A DNA stretch of 58,451 bases from an uncultured Gammaproteobacteria bacterium (GTDB lineage: Bacteria; Patescibacteriota; Patescibacteriia; GWA2-47-26): contig CAZHIP010000001.1 of the NCBI GenBank assembly GCA_964532925.1, positions 192,621-251,071 of the forward strand, given 5' to 3'. Each line of letters begins with the position of its first letter. The stretch's first letter is position 1. The notes below the pieces were generated by a model. It was not told where the DNA came from, searched no databases, and saw only the letters and a list, made by a program, of their open reading frames with translations. Below, in pieces: positions 25,328-34,975 of this stretch. The position numbers were made by a program, and so were the translations under genes.

Positions 25328-26620
25328 ATGGTAAAACTCATGCAATCAATAGTTCGATCTTTGGCGAAGAAAATTTTACATCGCTATGCGCCAACTATTA
25401 TTGGCGTAACAGGATCTGTGGGGAAGACTACCACCAAAGAAATGATTGTTGCAGTGTTGTCGGCACGCATGCGTGTTCGAGGCACCATCAAAAGCTATAA
25501 CAACGAGCTGGGGTTACCATTGTCGATTATTGGAGCGTCAACGCCAGGGCGATCTCTACTGGGCTGGATACGCACGATTGCACGAGCGTATCGGATTTCT
25601 TGGTCGCATGATCCTTCCTTTCCACAAGTGTTGGTGCTTGAAATGGGGGCTGACCACCCAGGGGATATCTCCCGTCTCATGGCTATTGCTCCTCCAACGA
25701 TTGGTGTTCTTACCGCCGTTGCTCCGGCGCACTTGGCGTTTTATGCCTCAGTGGAAGCCATTGCGGATGAAAAATCTACGCTTATCAAAGCGTTACCGCG
25801 CCATGGTGTTGCAGTCTTGAATACCGACGATGATCGCGTCTGGGCATCGCGTACACTCACTGATGCACCAGCTATTGGTGTTGGTTTTGGTGAAAATGCG
25901 GCGGTGCGTGTGGTACATGTTGAAGATTTTTTGAATACAAATTCTGAATCCAGCATGTTGGGTGGTATTCGTGGAACACTCGTCGCAGACGGTAAGCAGC
26001 AGCCGTTTATTATTCCCCATGTACTAGGGAAACCGCAGGTTCGTGCGTTGCTTTCTGCAGCTGCAATCGGCTTGTATTATGGTATGAGTTTGGAGGATAT
26101 TATTGAGAGTGCGAAGAAGTATATTCCACCCCCAGGGCGAATGAGATTGCTGCCCGGTATTAAGAAAACTATTATCATCGATGATAGCTATAATGCGTCA
26201 CCGGTTTCCATGAAGTCAGCTCTAGAGACATTGACCCGTGTTGTAGAGGACGAGCATGTGGTACGATATGCAGTGCTTGGTGATATGCGCGAACTTGGGA
26301 ATAGTTCTCCAGCATATCACGCAGAAATCGGACAACTGGTTCCACGAGCTGCCGATGTTCTTATTACGGTAGGTGTTGAAACACTCGCACTCGGTACTGC
26401 GGCGGTAGCAGCTGGCTTACCAAAGGATGCGTGGATACAAGCAAAGGATGCGACTGAAGCCGGCAAAATATTGCAAGACAGGATTCAGTCTGGCGATGTG
26501 ATTTTGTTTAAGGGTTCACAAAATACTATTCGTTTGGAGCGTGCGATTAAGGAGATCATGGCAGAACCATTGCGGGCACAAGAGCTGTTGGTTCGCCAGA
26601 GCGCTGAATGGGATAGTTAA
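25328..26620 (+). CDS. murF: UDP-N-acetylmuramoyl-tripeptide--D-alanyl-D-alanine ligase
   Basis: GVTGSVGKTTTKEM P-loop and the Mur ligase middle and C-terminal pattern (DDSYNASP, LGDMRELG). Confidence 0.88.
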   Translation: MVKLMQSIVRSLAKKILHRYAPTIIGVTGSVGKTTTKEMIVAVLSARMRVRGTIKSYNNELGLPLSIIGASTPGRSLLGWIRTIARAYRISWSHDPSFPQVLVLEMGADHPGDISRLMAIAPPTIGVLTAVAPAHLAFYASVEAIADEKSTLIKALPRHGVAVLNTDDDRVWASRTLTDAPAIGVGFGENAAVRVVHVEDFLNTNSESSMLGGIRGTLVADGKQQPFIIPHVLGKPQVRALLSAAAIGLYYGMSLEDIIESAKKYIPPPGRMRLLPGIKKTIIIDDSYNASPVSMKSALETLTRVVEDEHVVRYAVLGDMRELGNSSPAYHAEIGQLVPRAADVLITVGVETLALGTAAVAAGLPKDAWIQAKDATEAGKILQDRIQSGDVILFKGSQNTIRLERAIKEIMAEPLRAQELLVRQSAEWDS

Positions 26621-26634
26621 TAATTACAACCATT

Positions 26635-27354
26635 GTGCTGGATATCATTTGGAACATATATTTATATAAGCCGCTTCTCAATCTTTTGATCGAGATATAT
26701 AACACCCTTGGTCAAGGAAATCTTGGGTGGTCCATTATTTTGTTGACTATTTTTTTGCGACTTTTGCTGATTCCTCTTTCCTTTATTAGTGAGCATAATG
26801 CGGCGAAGTATGAGTCCGTGGCAGAAGAAATATCTGTCGTTGATCATTACATGAAGGATGATCCTGTGGGGCACCGCGAAACCGTACGAGGTCTTCTGAA
26901 GCGCAAAAAGATACGGCCATGGGCCTCGGTATTGTTGCTGGGTATCCAGTTTCTCGTGCTCGTGTTGCTCTATCAGGTGTTTTTGGGTGGCATGAGTCCT
27001 GCGCGCTTCACGTCAGATTTATATTCATGGGTTGTGCGACCCGATGTTATTAATACGAATTTTTACGGTTTGAATATCGCGCATCCGAATCTTTGGTCGT
27101 CGTTGTTGGTTGCGCTTCTCTTGTATCTTGAAGTTTCTCTTACGCATCGAAAGAAAGCAGGGGGGTCAAATAAAAGTGATATCATGTTTAGGTATCTCTT
27201 TCCTGGTGCGGTATTCGTTGTCCTATACTCTCTACCCGCGGTGAAAGCATTGTTCGTGCTTACCTCTATGGCATTTAGTGCGGTCTTTCATTTATTCCGA
27301 CCCTTATTTGCTCCAGCAAAGCCAAAGGTAGCCAAAACTGCAAAAAAGCATTAG
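26635..27354 (+). CDS. yidC: YidC/Oxa1-family membrane protein insertase (short form)
   Basis: GTG start. It has GWSIILLTIFLRLLLIPLS and a multi-TM layout typical of short YidC, with a basic C-terminal tail. Confidence 0.8.
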   Translation: MLDIIWNIYLYKPLLNLLIEIYNTLGQGNLGWSIILLTIFLRLLLIPLSFISEHNAAKYESVAEEISVVDHYMKDDPVGHRETVRGLLKRKKIRPWASVLLLGIQFLVLVLLYQVFLGGMSPARFTSDLYSWVVRPDVINTNFYGLNIAHPNLWSSLLVALLLYLEVSLTHRKKAGGSNKSDIMFRYLFPGAVFVVLYSLPAVKALFVLTSMAFSAVFHLFRPLFAPAKPKVAKTAKKH

Positions 27355-27369
27355 ACTTATAAGACTCCT

Positions 27370-27933
27370 ATGGCAGACTCCCTCGACAGACTCATGTATT
27401 CGTTCGTGGTTGAAGATATTTTGAAAGGTTTTTTTGTATATGTGCCACCAGGCTATGTTGCTTGTGTGTATGATCTTGGTCGTGGTGTTCTGAAAAAAGT
27501 CCTGTTGCCAGGACTACACCTGAAGGTGCCATTTTGGCAGCGTGCAAAATTGTTTAACACTCAAACGCTTGAATATCGTTTGGCAAAAGATTTTAATCCT
27601 CAGAATACTCGCGCGATGGGGGACTCTCCCGTGAATGCGGTGACGCTTGATTCGAAGACGGTTGGTATTGAAGGTACGGTCTTGCTCCGCCTCGACGTCA
27701 ATCAGATTCCAACTATTTGGCAAACCATTGGCGAAGATTTTGTCGACAAAATCATTCGCCCAACCATTCGTTCTCGTATGCGCATGATCGGTTCTCGTTT
27801 TACCGCAGCAGATATTGTTTCTCAGCGTGACATGGTAGAAATCCAGCTCAAGGATGAGCTGGAGCGTATCTTCTTCCCACGTGGCATCCGTGTGGAAAAC
27901 GTTCTTCTCTCAGAGATCAACGCACCAAAATAG
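27370..27933 (+). CDS. SPFH/band-7 (prohibitin-like) domain protein
   Basis: 187 aa. YVPPGYVACVYDLGRGV...PGLHLKVPFWQRAKLFNTQT is an SPFH-type beta-sheet/helix pattern. Confidence 0.75.
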   Translation: MADSLDRLMYSFVVEDILKGFFVYVPPGYVACVYDLGRGVLKKVLLPGLHLKVPFWQRAKLFNTQTLEYRLAKDFNPQNTRAMGDSPVNAVTLDSKTVGIEGTVLLRLDVNQIPTIWQTIGEDFVDKIIRPTIRSRMRMIGSRFTAADIVSQRDMVEIQLKDELERIFFPRGIRVENVLLSEINAPK

Positions 27934-27958
27934 TCTCAAAGTAGGTAAAATTAGACAA

Positions 27959-27985
27959 TTAGCACTCGCACTTGACGAGTGCTAA
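27959..27985. promoter_or_regulatory. CIRCE operator (HrcA binding site)
   Basis: Perfect TTAGCACTC-N9-GAGTGCTAA inverted repeat directly upstream of hrcA. Confidence 0.92.
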
Positions 27986-27999
27986 TTGTTTTGTATAAT
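27972..27999 (+). promoter_or_regulatory. Sigma70-like promoter TTGACG-N16-TATAAT overlapping CIRCE
   Basis: -35 at 27972-27977, inside CIRCE. -10 at 27994-27999. The hrcA ATG lies 7 nt after the -10, so the transcript is probably leaderless. Confidence 0.65.
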
Positions 28000-28005
28000 G
28001 GGTGT

Positions 28006-28707
28006 ATGGATAGACTTGATGCCCGAAAAGAACAAATTCTTGCCTTGGTGGTCCGTGAGTATGTGCGCACGGCCGAACCGGTGGGTTCCAAAAACTTGGA
28101 AACCCAGTGTGGTATATCTCCTGCAACTATCAGGAATGAGATGGCCACGCTTACTGACCTTGGGTTTTTATCGCAACCACACACCAGTGCCGGTCGGGTG
28201 CCAACCGAGGCAGCATATCGGTATTACATTGGGCATTCACTTGCCGGCGTATTGCCAGATATGCGCGATTTTCAGGCAGTTTTAGATGACCCTGCCTACC
28301 GAACAGGTAGACGTGATAATGAGTCAGAAAAGCTGCGTCATATGGCACGACTATTGGCTCGTGAAACTGGAAGTTCAGTATTTGTGAGTACGCCAGATGA
28401 CATGTATCTTACGGGCCTTTCCTTTTTGTTTGGTCAGCCCGAGTTTCTTTCGCCAGCATTTGTCCAAGATGTAAGCCTTGCACTTGATACACTTGAGGAA
28501 CACATGACCGAGCTTGTAAACTCTGCGCCGAATCCCGTCACGGTCCTCGTTGGGAGTGAAAACCCATTTCATGAAGGCTGCGCAACCATGATGTTGCGAA
28601 CAGGATCTGGTGATAAGGTGGTGTTTGGAGTATTGGGCCCGGTACGCATGGACTATGATCGAGTGATGCCGCTGTTACAAGGGATTCAAAAATTGATGCA
28701 AGAATAA
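28006..28707 (+). CDS. hrcA: Heat-inducible transcription repressor HrcA (short form)
   Basis: N-terminal wHTH pattern RKEQILALVVREYVRTAEPVGSKNL. It sits upstream of grpE-dnaK-dnaJ and behind CIRCE. 233 aa from ATG 28006. Confidence 0.85.
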   Translation: MDRLDARKEQILALVVREYVRTAEPVGSKNLETQCGISPATIRNEMATLTDLGFLSQPHTSAGRVPTEAAYRYYIGHSLAGVLPDMRDFQAVLDDPAYRTGRRDNESEKLRHMARLLARETGSSVFVSTPDDMYLTGLSFLFGQPEFLSPAFVQDVSLALDTLEEHMTELVNSAPNPVTVLVGSENPFHEGCATMMLRTGSGDKVVFGVLGPVRMDYDRVMPLLQGIQKLMQE

Positions 28708-28720
28708 TAAAAGCTACTTT

Positions 28721-29170
28721 ATGGAAGACCAAAACGATTTAGAAATTGCTGTTGCGAAATTAAAAGAAGAATCTGAGCTGTACTTGAATAGCTGGAAGCG
28801 CGCCAAAGCTGACTACGCAAACCTCGAACGACAGGTAGAACGTCAGCGCGAAGATTGGGCGCATTTTGCAAATGTTAATTGTATTCAAGCATTTTTGCCG
28901 GTATATGAAAGCCTAGTGCAGGCGGCAATGCGAGAGAGCGCAGACGAAGGACTCATTCGTATTCGGGATCAAATGCAAGGAGCGCTTAAATCGCTTGGTG
29001 TGGAAGTAATGGAGACGATAGGGAAAATGCCTGATCCAATGCTTCACGAGGTTATTGGGCGGGACACAAAAGACGACGTGGAGTCTGGAGTGATTATTCA
29101 AGAAGTCCAGCAAGGGTTCATGATTCATGGAAAGGTGTTGCGGGTAGCGAAAGTAATTATTGCAGAGTAA
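28721..29170 (+). CDS. grpE: Nucleotide exchange factor GrpE
   Basis: 149 aa with a coiled-coil N-terminus (RAKADYANLERQVERQRE) and a C-terminal beta domain. Operon context supports the call. Confidence 0.9.
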   Translation: MEDQNDLEIAVAKLKEESELYLNSWKRAKADYANLERQVERQREDWAHFANVNCIQAFLPVYESLVQAAMRESADEGLIRIRDQMQGALKSLGVEVMETIGKMPDPMLHEVIGRDTKDDVESGVIIQEVQQGFMIHGKVLRVAKVIIAE

Positions 29171-29192
29171 AAAATAGTAACAGTACACATAT

Positions 29193-31010
29193 ATGCCAAA
29201 AATTATTGGAATCGATTTAGGAACATCAAACTCAGCCGCGGCGGTCATGCAAGGTGATGCGCCAGTTATTATCCCGTCAGCAGAAGGTGCAACACTTGGC
29301 GGCAAAGCATTTCCGTCATATGTAGCGTTTACCAAAGATGGCCAGTTGTTGGTTGGTGAACCTGCTCGTCGTCAGGCGGTTTCGAACCCAGAACGCACGA
29401 TTGCTGCTGCGAAACGAAAGATGGGTACCGACTTTAAGTGGAAAATTGATGGTAAGGAATATACTGCGCAACAGATTTCTGCTTTTATTTTGCAGAAAGT
29501 GAAGCGTGATGCAGAGAGTTTTCTTGGTGAAAAAGTAGACAAGGCCGTTATTACGGTACCGGCGTATTTTAGTGACGCGCAACGCCAGGCCACCAAAGAT
29601 GCTGGTGCTATTGCGGGTCTTGAAGTGGTGCGTATTGTAAACGAACCAACAGCAGCCGCACTTGCGTATGGTATTGATAAGGATGCAAAAGAACAGCAGA
29701 TCCTCGTGTTCGACTTGGGTGGTGGAACCCTCGATGTTACGATCATGAACTTTGGAAATGGTGTGTTCGAGGTGCTTTCGACATCAGGCGACACCGAACT
29801 CGGTGGCACTGACATGGATCGTGTTTTGGTTGATTATTTGGCGAATGAGTTTGAACGCGAACAGGGGATTGATCTTCGTAAAGATGCTGTTGCGGTGCAG
29901 CGCTTGAAAGAAGCTGCAGAAAAAGCAAAGATTGAGCTTTCAACCACGCTCGAAACCGACGTGAACTTGCCATTTATTACGGCAGACGCCCAAGGTCCAA
30001 AGCACATGTTGGTAAAAGTTACCCGCGCAGTGCTCGAAGAACTCGTGCGTCCGATTGTTGAGCGTTGCCGCAAGCCAATTGAACAAGCGATGACTGACGC
30101 TAAACTGACTCCGGCTCAAATAGAGCGTGTGATTATGGTTGGTGGCCCAACTCGCATGCCAATTGTCATGCGCGTTGTGGAAGAATTTATTGGTTCAAAA
30201 ATCGAACGCGGTGTTGACCCCATGGAATGTGTGGCCAAAGGTGCTGCGGTCCAGGCGGCGGTGCTCTCGGGTGATGTCAAAGATATTTTATTGCTTGATG
30301 TTACCCCGCTCACCCTCGGCATCGAAACACTGGGATCTGTTATGACCCCATTGATTGAACGTAACACGACGGTTCCGACGGCAAAGACGCAGGTGTTTTC
30401 AACAGCTGCCGACAATCAGACATCCGTAGAGATTCACGTTCTTCAGGGTGAACGCCCGATGGCTGCAGATAACCGCACACTCGGCCGATTTGTGCTTGAT
30501 GGTGTTCCGCCGGCACCACGTGGTACGCCACAAGTTGAGGTAACGTTTGATATTGATGCGAACGGTATTCTCACGGTGACAGCAAAAGATAAGGCATCAA
30601 GCCGTGCACAAAATATTGTTATCAAAGATACAAGCGCACTCTCGAAAGAAGAAATCGAGAAGATGAAAAAAGAGGCCGAGCAGTTTGGTGATGAAGACCG
30701 CAAGAAAAAGGAAATTATTGATTTGCGCAATCAGGCCGACGCCATGATCTATACTTCAGAGAAAGCGTTGAAGGATGCGGGTGATAAAGTCAGCGCCGAT
30801 GTAAAGGAGCAGGTTGAAGAAAAGGTCAAAGACTTGCGTGCCAAGAAAGATGCAGCTGATGCTGTTGAGATCAAAAAGAGCCTCGACGCGCTTTCAGAAA
30901 CTATTTCCAAGGTTGGTGCCGAACTCTACAAGGCTGCGCCACAAGCCGCACCTGCAGGTGAAACACCGAAGGAAGATGGCCCTGTTGAAGGTGAAGTTGA
31001 TAAGAAATAA
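29193..31010 (+). CDS. dnaK: Molecular chaperone DnaK (Hsp70)
   Basis: [19 protein letters not shown] and VGGPTRMP motifs. 605 aa. Confidence 0.97.
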   Translation: MPKIIGIDLGTSNSAAAVMQGDAPVIIPSAEGATLGGKAFPSYVAFTKDGQLLVGEPARRQAVSNPERTIAAAKRKMGTDFKWKIDGKEYTAQQISAFILQKVKRDAESFLGEKVDKAVITVPAYFSDAQRQATKDAGAIAGLEVVRIVNEPTAAALAYGIDKDAKEQQILVFDLGGGTLDVTIMNFGNGVFEVLSTSGDTELGGTDMDRVLVDYLANEFEREQGIDLRKDAVAVQRLKEAAEKAKIELSTTLETDVNLPFITADAQGPKHMLVKVTRAVLEELVRPIVERCRKPIEQAMTDAKLTPAQIERVIMVGGPTRMPIVMRVVEEFIGSKIERGVDPMECVAKGAAVQAAVLSGDVKDILLLDVTPLTLGIETLGSVMTPLIERNTTVPTAKTQVFSTAADNQTSVEIHVLQGERPMAADNRTLGRFVLDGVPPAPRGTPQVEVTFDIDANGILTVTAKDKASSRAQNIVIKDTSALSKEEIEKMKKEAEQFGDEDRKKKEIIDLRNQADAMIYTSEKALKDAGDKVSADVKEQVEEKVKDLRAKKDAADAVEIKKSLDALSETISKVGAELYKAAPQAAPAGETPKEDGPVEGEVDKK

Positions 31011-31052
31011 AAAAGTCCTCGTGTACCAGCCCAAAGCTGGTACACTGTACAT

Positions 31053-32111
31053 ATGGCAAAAGACTATTATGACATTTTAGGTGTGCAGCGAACTGCAACG
31101 GAGGCAGAAATCAAAACTGCGTTCCGCAAGCACGCCATGGAGCACCACCCAGATAAAGGCGGTAATCCCGAGGAATTTAAGAAATTCAACGAGGCCTATC
31201 AGGTGCTCTCAAATGCTGAGGCGCGAGCCAAGTACGACAAGTACGGTTCGAGCTTTGAAGACATGCGTTCACAAGGCTTTAGCGGATTCCAAGGATTTGA
31301 TCCTAGCCAATTCAACATGGGGGATCTTGGTGAAATGTTTGGTGGTCTTGGTGAGATGTTTGGCTTTGGTGGTGGACAGCAGCGCAACCGCGAACCACGC
31401 GGTCGTGATCTCGAAATGCGGATGAATATTTCTTTCGCAGAAGCTGCGCACGGTGTATCAAAAGATATTGAAGTTGAGAAATTGGCTAAGTGTATTCACT
31501 GCAAGGGCGATGGTGCAGAGCCAGGATCTGAATGGACGAAGTGCACGAACTGTGGTGGATCTGGTCAGATTACTCAAGTACAGCAAAGTATTTTTGGACG
31601 CATTCAGACGGTTGTAGGGTGCGCCCCGTGTCATGGTGTCGGAAAGAAATCTTCAAAATCCTGTACAGTATGCAAAGGGAAAGGTACGCATAAGGTTCAT
31701 AAAATTCTGACAGTGAAAATCCCCGCGGGTATTAGCGATGGCGAGGCAATTCGCTATGCGGGCGAAGGCGAAGAGGTTGGCCGCGGCGCGTCAGGCGATT
31801 TATTTTTGCGCGTCTCCGTAAAACAGCATCCGGGTTTTGAGCGGCATAATGATGACATTTACTCCGAGCTTCTGGTATCATTTAAGACTGCAGCGCTTGG
31901 CGGCGAAGTAGGGCTCGAAACTATTGATGGGGAAGAGAAAGTTAAGATTCCAGCTGGTACACCGTCTGGCCATATTATTACGCTCAAAGGTAAAGGCTTT
32001 GGTCATCTGCGTTCATCTGGCCGTGGCGACCACAAGGCAGAAGTCGTGATCGTGGTGCCAAAGAGCCTGACCAAAAAACAAAAACAACTTTTGGAAGATT
32101 TTGAAGATTAA
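31053..32111 (+). CDS. dnaJ: Molecular chaperone DnaJ
   Basis: J domain with HPD (HHPDKG), a G/F-rich linker and four CxxCxGxG zinc-finger repeats. Confidence 0.95.
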   Translation: MAKDYYDILGVQRTATEAEIKTAFRKHAMEHHPDKGGNPEEFKKFNEAYQVLSNAEARAKYDKYGSSFEDMRSQGFSGFQGFDPSQFNMGDLGEMFGGLGEMFGFGGGQQRNREPRGRDLEMRMNISFAEAAHGVSKDIEVEKLAKCIHCKGDGAEPGSEWTKCTNCGGSGQITQVQQSIFGRIQTVVGCAPCHGVGKKSSKSCTVCKGKGTHKVHKILTVKIPAGISDGEAIRYAGEGEEVGRGASGDLFLRVSVKQHPGFERHNDDIYSELLVSFKTAALGGEVGLETIDGEEKVKIPAGTPSGHIITLKGKGFGHLRSSGRGDHKAEVVIVVPKSLTKKQKQLLEDFED

Positions 32112-32115
32112 TTGC

Positions 32116-33459
32116 ATGCTCTCACTCTACAACACACTCACGCGAACGAAAGAAAAGTTTAAGCCACTCAAAGGTAAGGCTGTTAGTTTGTATGCTTGTG
32201 GACCAACGGTCTATGACTTTGCGCACATTGGGAATCTTCGGACGTATGTGTTTGAAGATATTCTTCGTCGTGCGCTTGTGTGGAACGGTTACAAGGTGAA
32301 GCACGTCATGAATATTACGGATATCGACGACAAGATTATTCAGCGTTCCCTTGATACCAAAGAGTCAATGAGCACATTGACTACACGATATACAAAAGCG
32401 TTTCTCGAAGATTTCAAAAAATTGGGACTACTCAAGCCGAGCAAAATGCCCCGTGCGACAACGCATGTCAAAGAAATGATCGCGCTCATTTCTGCACTCA
32501 TGAAAAAAGGTTTGGCGTATGAAAGTGATGGTAGCGTATATTTTTCTGTCAGTAAGTTTAAAAATTACGGCAAACTATCACAGCTCGATAAGCGTTCGCT
32601 CAAACTCGGCGTCAGCATGACCGACGAGTACGACAAAGATAATGCACAGGACTTTGTGCTCTGGAAAGCATCGAAACCAGGTGAACCAGCGTGGAAGGCG
32701 CCATTTGGAAAAGGTCGGCCAGGTTGGCACTTGGAGTGCTCGGCAATGAGTATGAAGTATCTCGGTAAGAGTTTTGATATTCATGTGGGTGCCGTTGATC
32801 TTATTTTTCCACATCACGAAAACGAGATCGCGCAATCAGAAGGCGCGACAGGAAAACCATTTGTAAAATACTGGTTGCACGCAGAACACTTGATGGTAGA
32901 CGGTGCCAAGATGTCAAAGTCTGCGAATAACTTTTTCACATTAGACGATTTACAGACAAAGGGTATTTCGCCGCTCGTGTATCGATTTTTTACGCTCGGC
33001 GCGCATTATCGAGCAAAGATTAATTGCACCGACGAATCATTGCACGCAGCATCTTCGGCATTGGATCGATTATACGATACGGTGCGCACGTGGAATAAAG
33101 CAACAAAGCCATCGTCCAGCTACATAAAACTTTTTAGTGAGCGAGTTAGTGATGATTTAGATATGCCGGGTGCATTGGCGATTGTGTGGCAACTCGTCAA
33201 AGATGAAAAGATTACCAGTGCTGCAAAGTCAGCAACACTATTGCGATTCGATGAGGTGCTTGGCCTTGATTTGAAAAAGTATATTGCGAAGCCAATCAAA
33301 ATTCCTGCGAATGTAGCAAAGCTTGCGAAAGCTCGCGAAGCTGCACGCGCGGAGAAGAACTGGAAACAATCAGACGAATTACGCGACCAAATAAAAAAAG
33401 CTGGGTTCGATGTGCTCGATACACCAGCAGGGTCAACAGTGAAATCCTTACATTCCTAA
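32116..33459 (+). CDS. cysS: Cysteine--tRNA ligase
   Basis: HIGN and KMSKS class-I signatures, plus WHLECSAM. ATG 32116 is preferred (MLSLYNTLTR...). Confidence 0.93.
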   Translation: MLSLYNTLTRTKEKFKPLKGKAVSLYACGPTVYDFAHIGNLRTYVFEDILRRALVWNGYKVKHVMNITDIDDKIIQRSLDTKESMSTLTTRYTKAFLEDFKKLGLLKPSKMPRATTHVKEMIALISALMKKGLAYESDGSVYFSVSKFKNYGKLSQLDKRSLKLGVSMTDEYDKDNAQDFVLWKASKPGEPAWKAPFGKGRPGWHLECSAMSMKYLGKSFDIHVGAVDLIFPHHENEIAQSEGATGKPFVKYWLHAEHLMVDGAKMSKSANNFFTLDDLQTKGISPLVYRFFTLGAHYRAKINCTDESLHAASSALDRLYDTVRTWNKATKPSSSYIKLFSERVSDDLDMPGALAIVWQLVKDEKITSAAKSATLLRFDEVLGLDLKKYIAKPIKIPANVAKLAKAREAARAEKNWKQSDELRDQIKKAGFDVLDTPAGSTVKSLHS

Positions 33460-34391
33460 AGCCAGCGGCGTTTTTTAAATAGCCAGAGGATTAGCACAGA
33501 AATCGCGACCGATCCGCCGACAATAAGTGCGAATGAATTTGGGTGTTTGAGAAGGGGGGTTCCTGGGAGCTCCATGCCAAAATAGCCCGCAATCACAACC
33601 AATACAGTGAGCCAGATTAGGTGAACAGTGAGTGTGCGGACCGTTTCGTTTAAGCGCAGCGATGAAGCATTCATGTAGGTGCTTTGGATCGCGTCGATGG
33701 CGCGGTTGTACATTTCGAGGTTGTCCCAGATTTCTTTACAGTGGCTCATGAGCCGGTCGAACGATGATGGTTTTTTTGTGGTAGCGGGCACGGTTCGACC
33801 AAGCACTGTTTCTGTGCGTCGCAATAAATCGCGGTGCGGTTGGACTGCTTTTTGGAATGTGATGAGATTGTGCTTAAGTCGCATGATTTCTTCAAGTGTT
33901 GCGCCAGTAAAATTGTATATACCTGAACCGTTCAAGGATTCAATGTCGTTTGAGATGTGTAGAAGGATAGGGAAACATTCGTCGAGGAGCTCGTCAAGCA
34001 ACTGTTCGATAAAAATACCTGGGTTACTCAGTAGGCTGGCGCGATGTTCCGCGCTTGTTTCGAGGAGTTCAAAAAAATTTTCGAGCGATACAGTAGGGAA
34101 GGTGCTCAAGGTTACAACGCCGTGCTTTGAAATAAAGATATCAATTTCGTTGGTAAACAATCGTCGCGCCTCGCGGTCAAAATAGGGGAGATTTAATATT
34201 AAAAATAAGTACGAATCGCGTACTACGAGCTTCGGTCGCTGGAGCGACGGCAAGCAGTCGTGCAGATCAAGTGCGTCAAAACCATAATGCTCCTCCAAAT
34301 ATTGGAGTTCACGTTCGCCGGGCTTGTTGATGTGGTGCCAGCTGAAAGATTTTTCACCCACGGAGCGAATTGTTTTTGGTGTGCGAGGCAT
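33456..34391 (-). CDS. CorA-family divalent cation transporter with a variant signature (GME in place of GMN)
   Basis: 312 aa from ATG 34391. It has a cytoplasmic alpha/beta domain plus two C-terminal TM segments. YFGMELPG occupies the position of the canonical YGMNF motif. The ORF-track extension to 34550 was rejected. Confidence 0.75.
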   Translation of the reverse strand: MPRTPKTIRSVGEKSFSWHHINKPGERELQYLEEHYGFDALDLHDCLPSLQRPKLVVRDSYLFLILNLPYFDREARRLFTNEIDIFISKHGVVTLSTFPTVSLENFFELLETSAEHRASLLSNPGIFIEQLLDELLDECFPILLHISNDIESLNGSGIYNFTGATLEEIMRLKHNLITFQKAVQPHRDLLRRTETVLGRTVPATTKKPSSFDRLMSHCKEIWDNLEMYNRAIDAIQSTYMNASSLRLNETVRTLTVHLIWLTVLVVIAGYFGMELPGTPLLKHPNSFALIVGGSVAISVLILWLFKKRRWL

Positions 34392-34410
34392 GTGATATTC
34401 TAGTGAGCAA

Positions 34411-34419
34411 ATTATACCA
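34411..34419 (-). promoter_or_regulatory. Extended -10 box TGgTATAAT (minus strand) for the corA-like gene
   Basis: The reverse complement of ATTATACCA reads TGGTATAAT. It lies about 20 nt upstream of the minus-strand ATG at 34391. Confidence 0.5.
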
Positions 34420-34435
34420 TGATGCAGTAGGTGTG

Positions 34436-34444
34436 TGATACAAT
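34436..34444 (+). promoter_or_regulatory. Extended -10 box TGaTACAAT
   Basis: The same 15-mer GTGATACAATAATGG as at 7805-7819. It is divergent from the corA promoter. Confidence 0.5.
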
Positions 34445-34460
34445 AATGGCAATTCATCCT

Positions 34461-34973
34461 ATGCCAGAAGATAAGAAATTTGTGTCCACAGAAACACCAG
34501 CACTCAAGCCGGAGGTTGCTTCTTCTCTCGAAGTTGCCGGAGAGCGCCAAGAGTCAAAGCGCGTCGAACGTGGTACGCGTGATGCAAGCGCTATTTCTGC
34601 ACAAGCTCTGCGTGATGTGGCGTTGGCAAAAGCTGCGCCAGTCGTGCCGCCGCGTCCACTCAAAGATCCGGTGTATATAGAGGTTGAGCAAGTGTTGTCG
34701 GATGGATTGTTGGAGTATTACAGAGCCATGAATCCAAAGGTGCAACAATTGTTTAAATCACGCGGAGAAGAGTTAGCACAAGCATTGACCGAAATGGTGC
34801 AGGGTGCGCACGTGCAGATTTCTAAGGTTGTGGAACTTATCCGTCGCTGGCTCTTGCTTATCCCGGGTGTCAGTAGATTTTTTCTTGAGCAAGAAGCAAA
34901 AATTCGCGCTGATAGAATTGCCATGATCGCGGATCTCTCAAAAGAGCGACAACAAGGTGTAAAGCGTTCGTAA
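34461..34973 (+). CDS. Hypothetical protein upstream of the TraD/VirD4-like ATPase
   Basis: 170 aa from ATG 34461. ATG 34446 is in frame but lies only 2 nt after the -10 box. No recognisable motif. It ends 2 nt before the next gene. Confidence 0.6.
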   Translation: MPEDKKFVSTETPALKPEVASSLEVAGERQESKRVERGTRDASAISAQALRDVALAKAAPVVPPRPLKDPVYIEVEQVLSDGLLEYYRAMNPKVQQLFKSRGEELAQALTEMVQGAHVQISKVVELIRRWLLLIPGVSRFFLEQEAKIRADRIAMIADLSKERQQGVKRS

Positions 34974-34975
34974 CT

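Noticed and set aside
24827-25345. 172-aa minus-strand ORF, plus 148-aa and 103-aa neighbours
   Set aside because: They are antisense to the PBP2 gene, whose SxxK/SxN/KTG motifs fix the coding strand.
27979-28005. GTG start for hrcA inside the CIRCE operator
   Set aside because: It would place the start codon upstream of the -10 box and inside the operator. ATG 28006 gives the conserved HrcA N-terminus.
33456-34550. Long (364-aa) version of the corA-like ORF
   Set aside because: The first 53 codons are Cys/His/Trp-rich and run across the divergent promoter region (-10 boxes at 34411-34419 and 34436-34444). ATG 34391 gives the expected CorA N-terminus.
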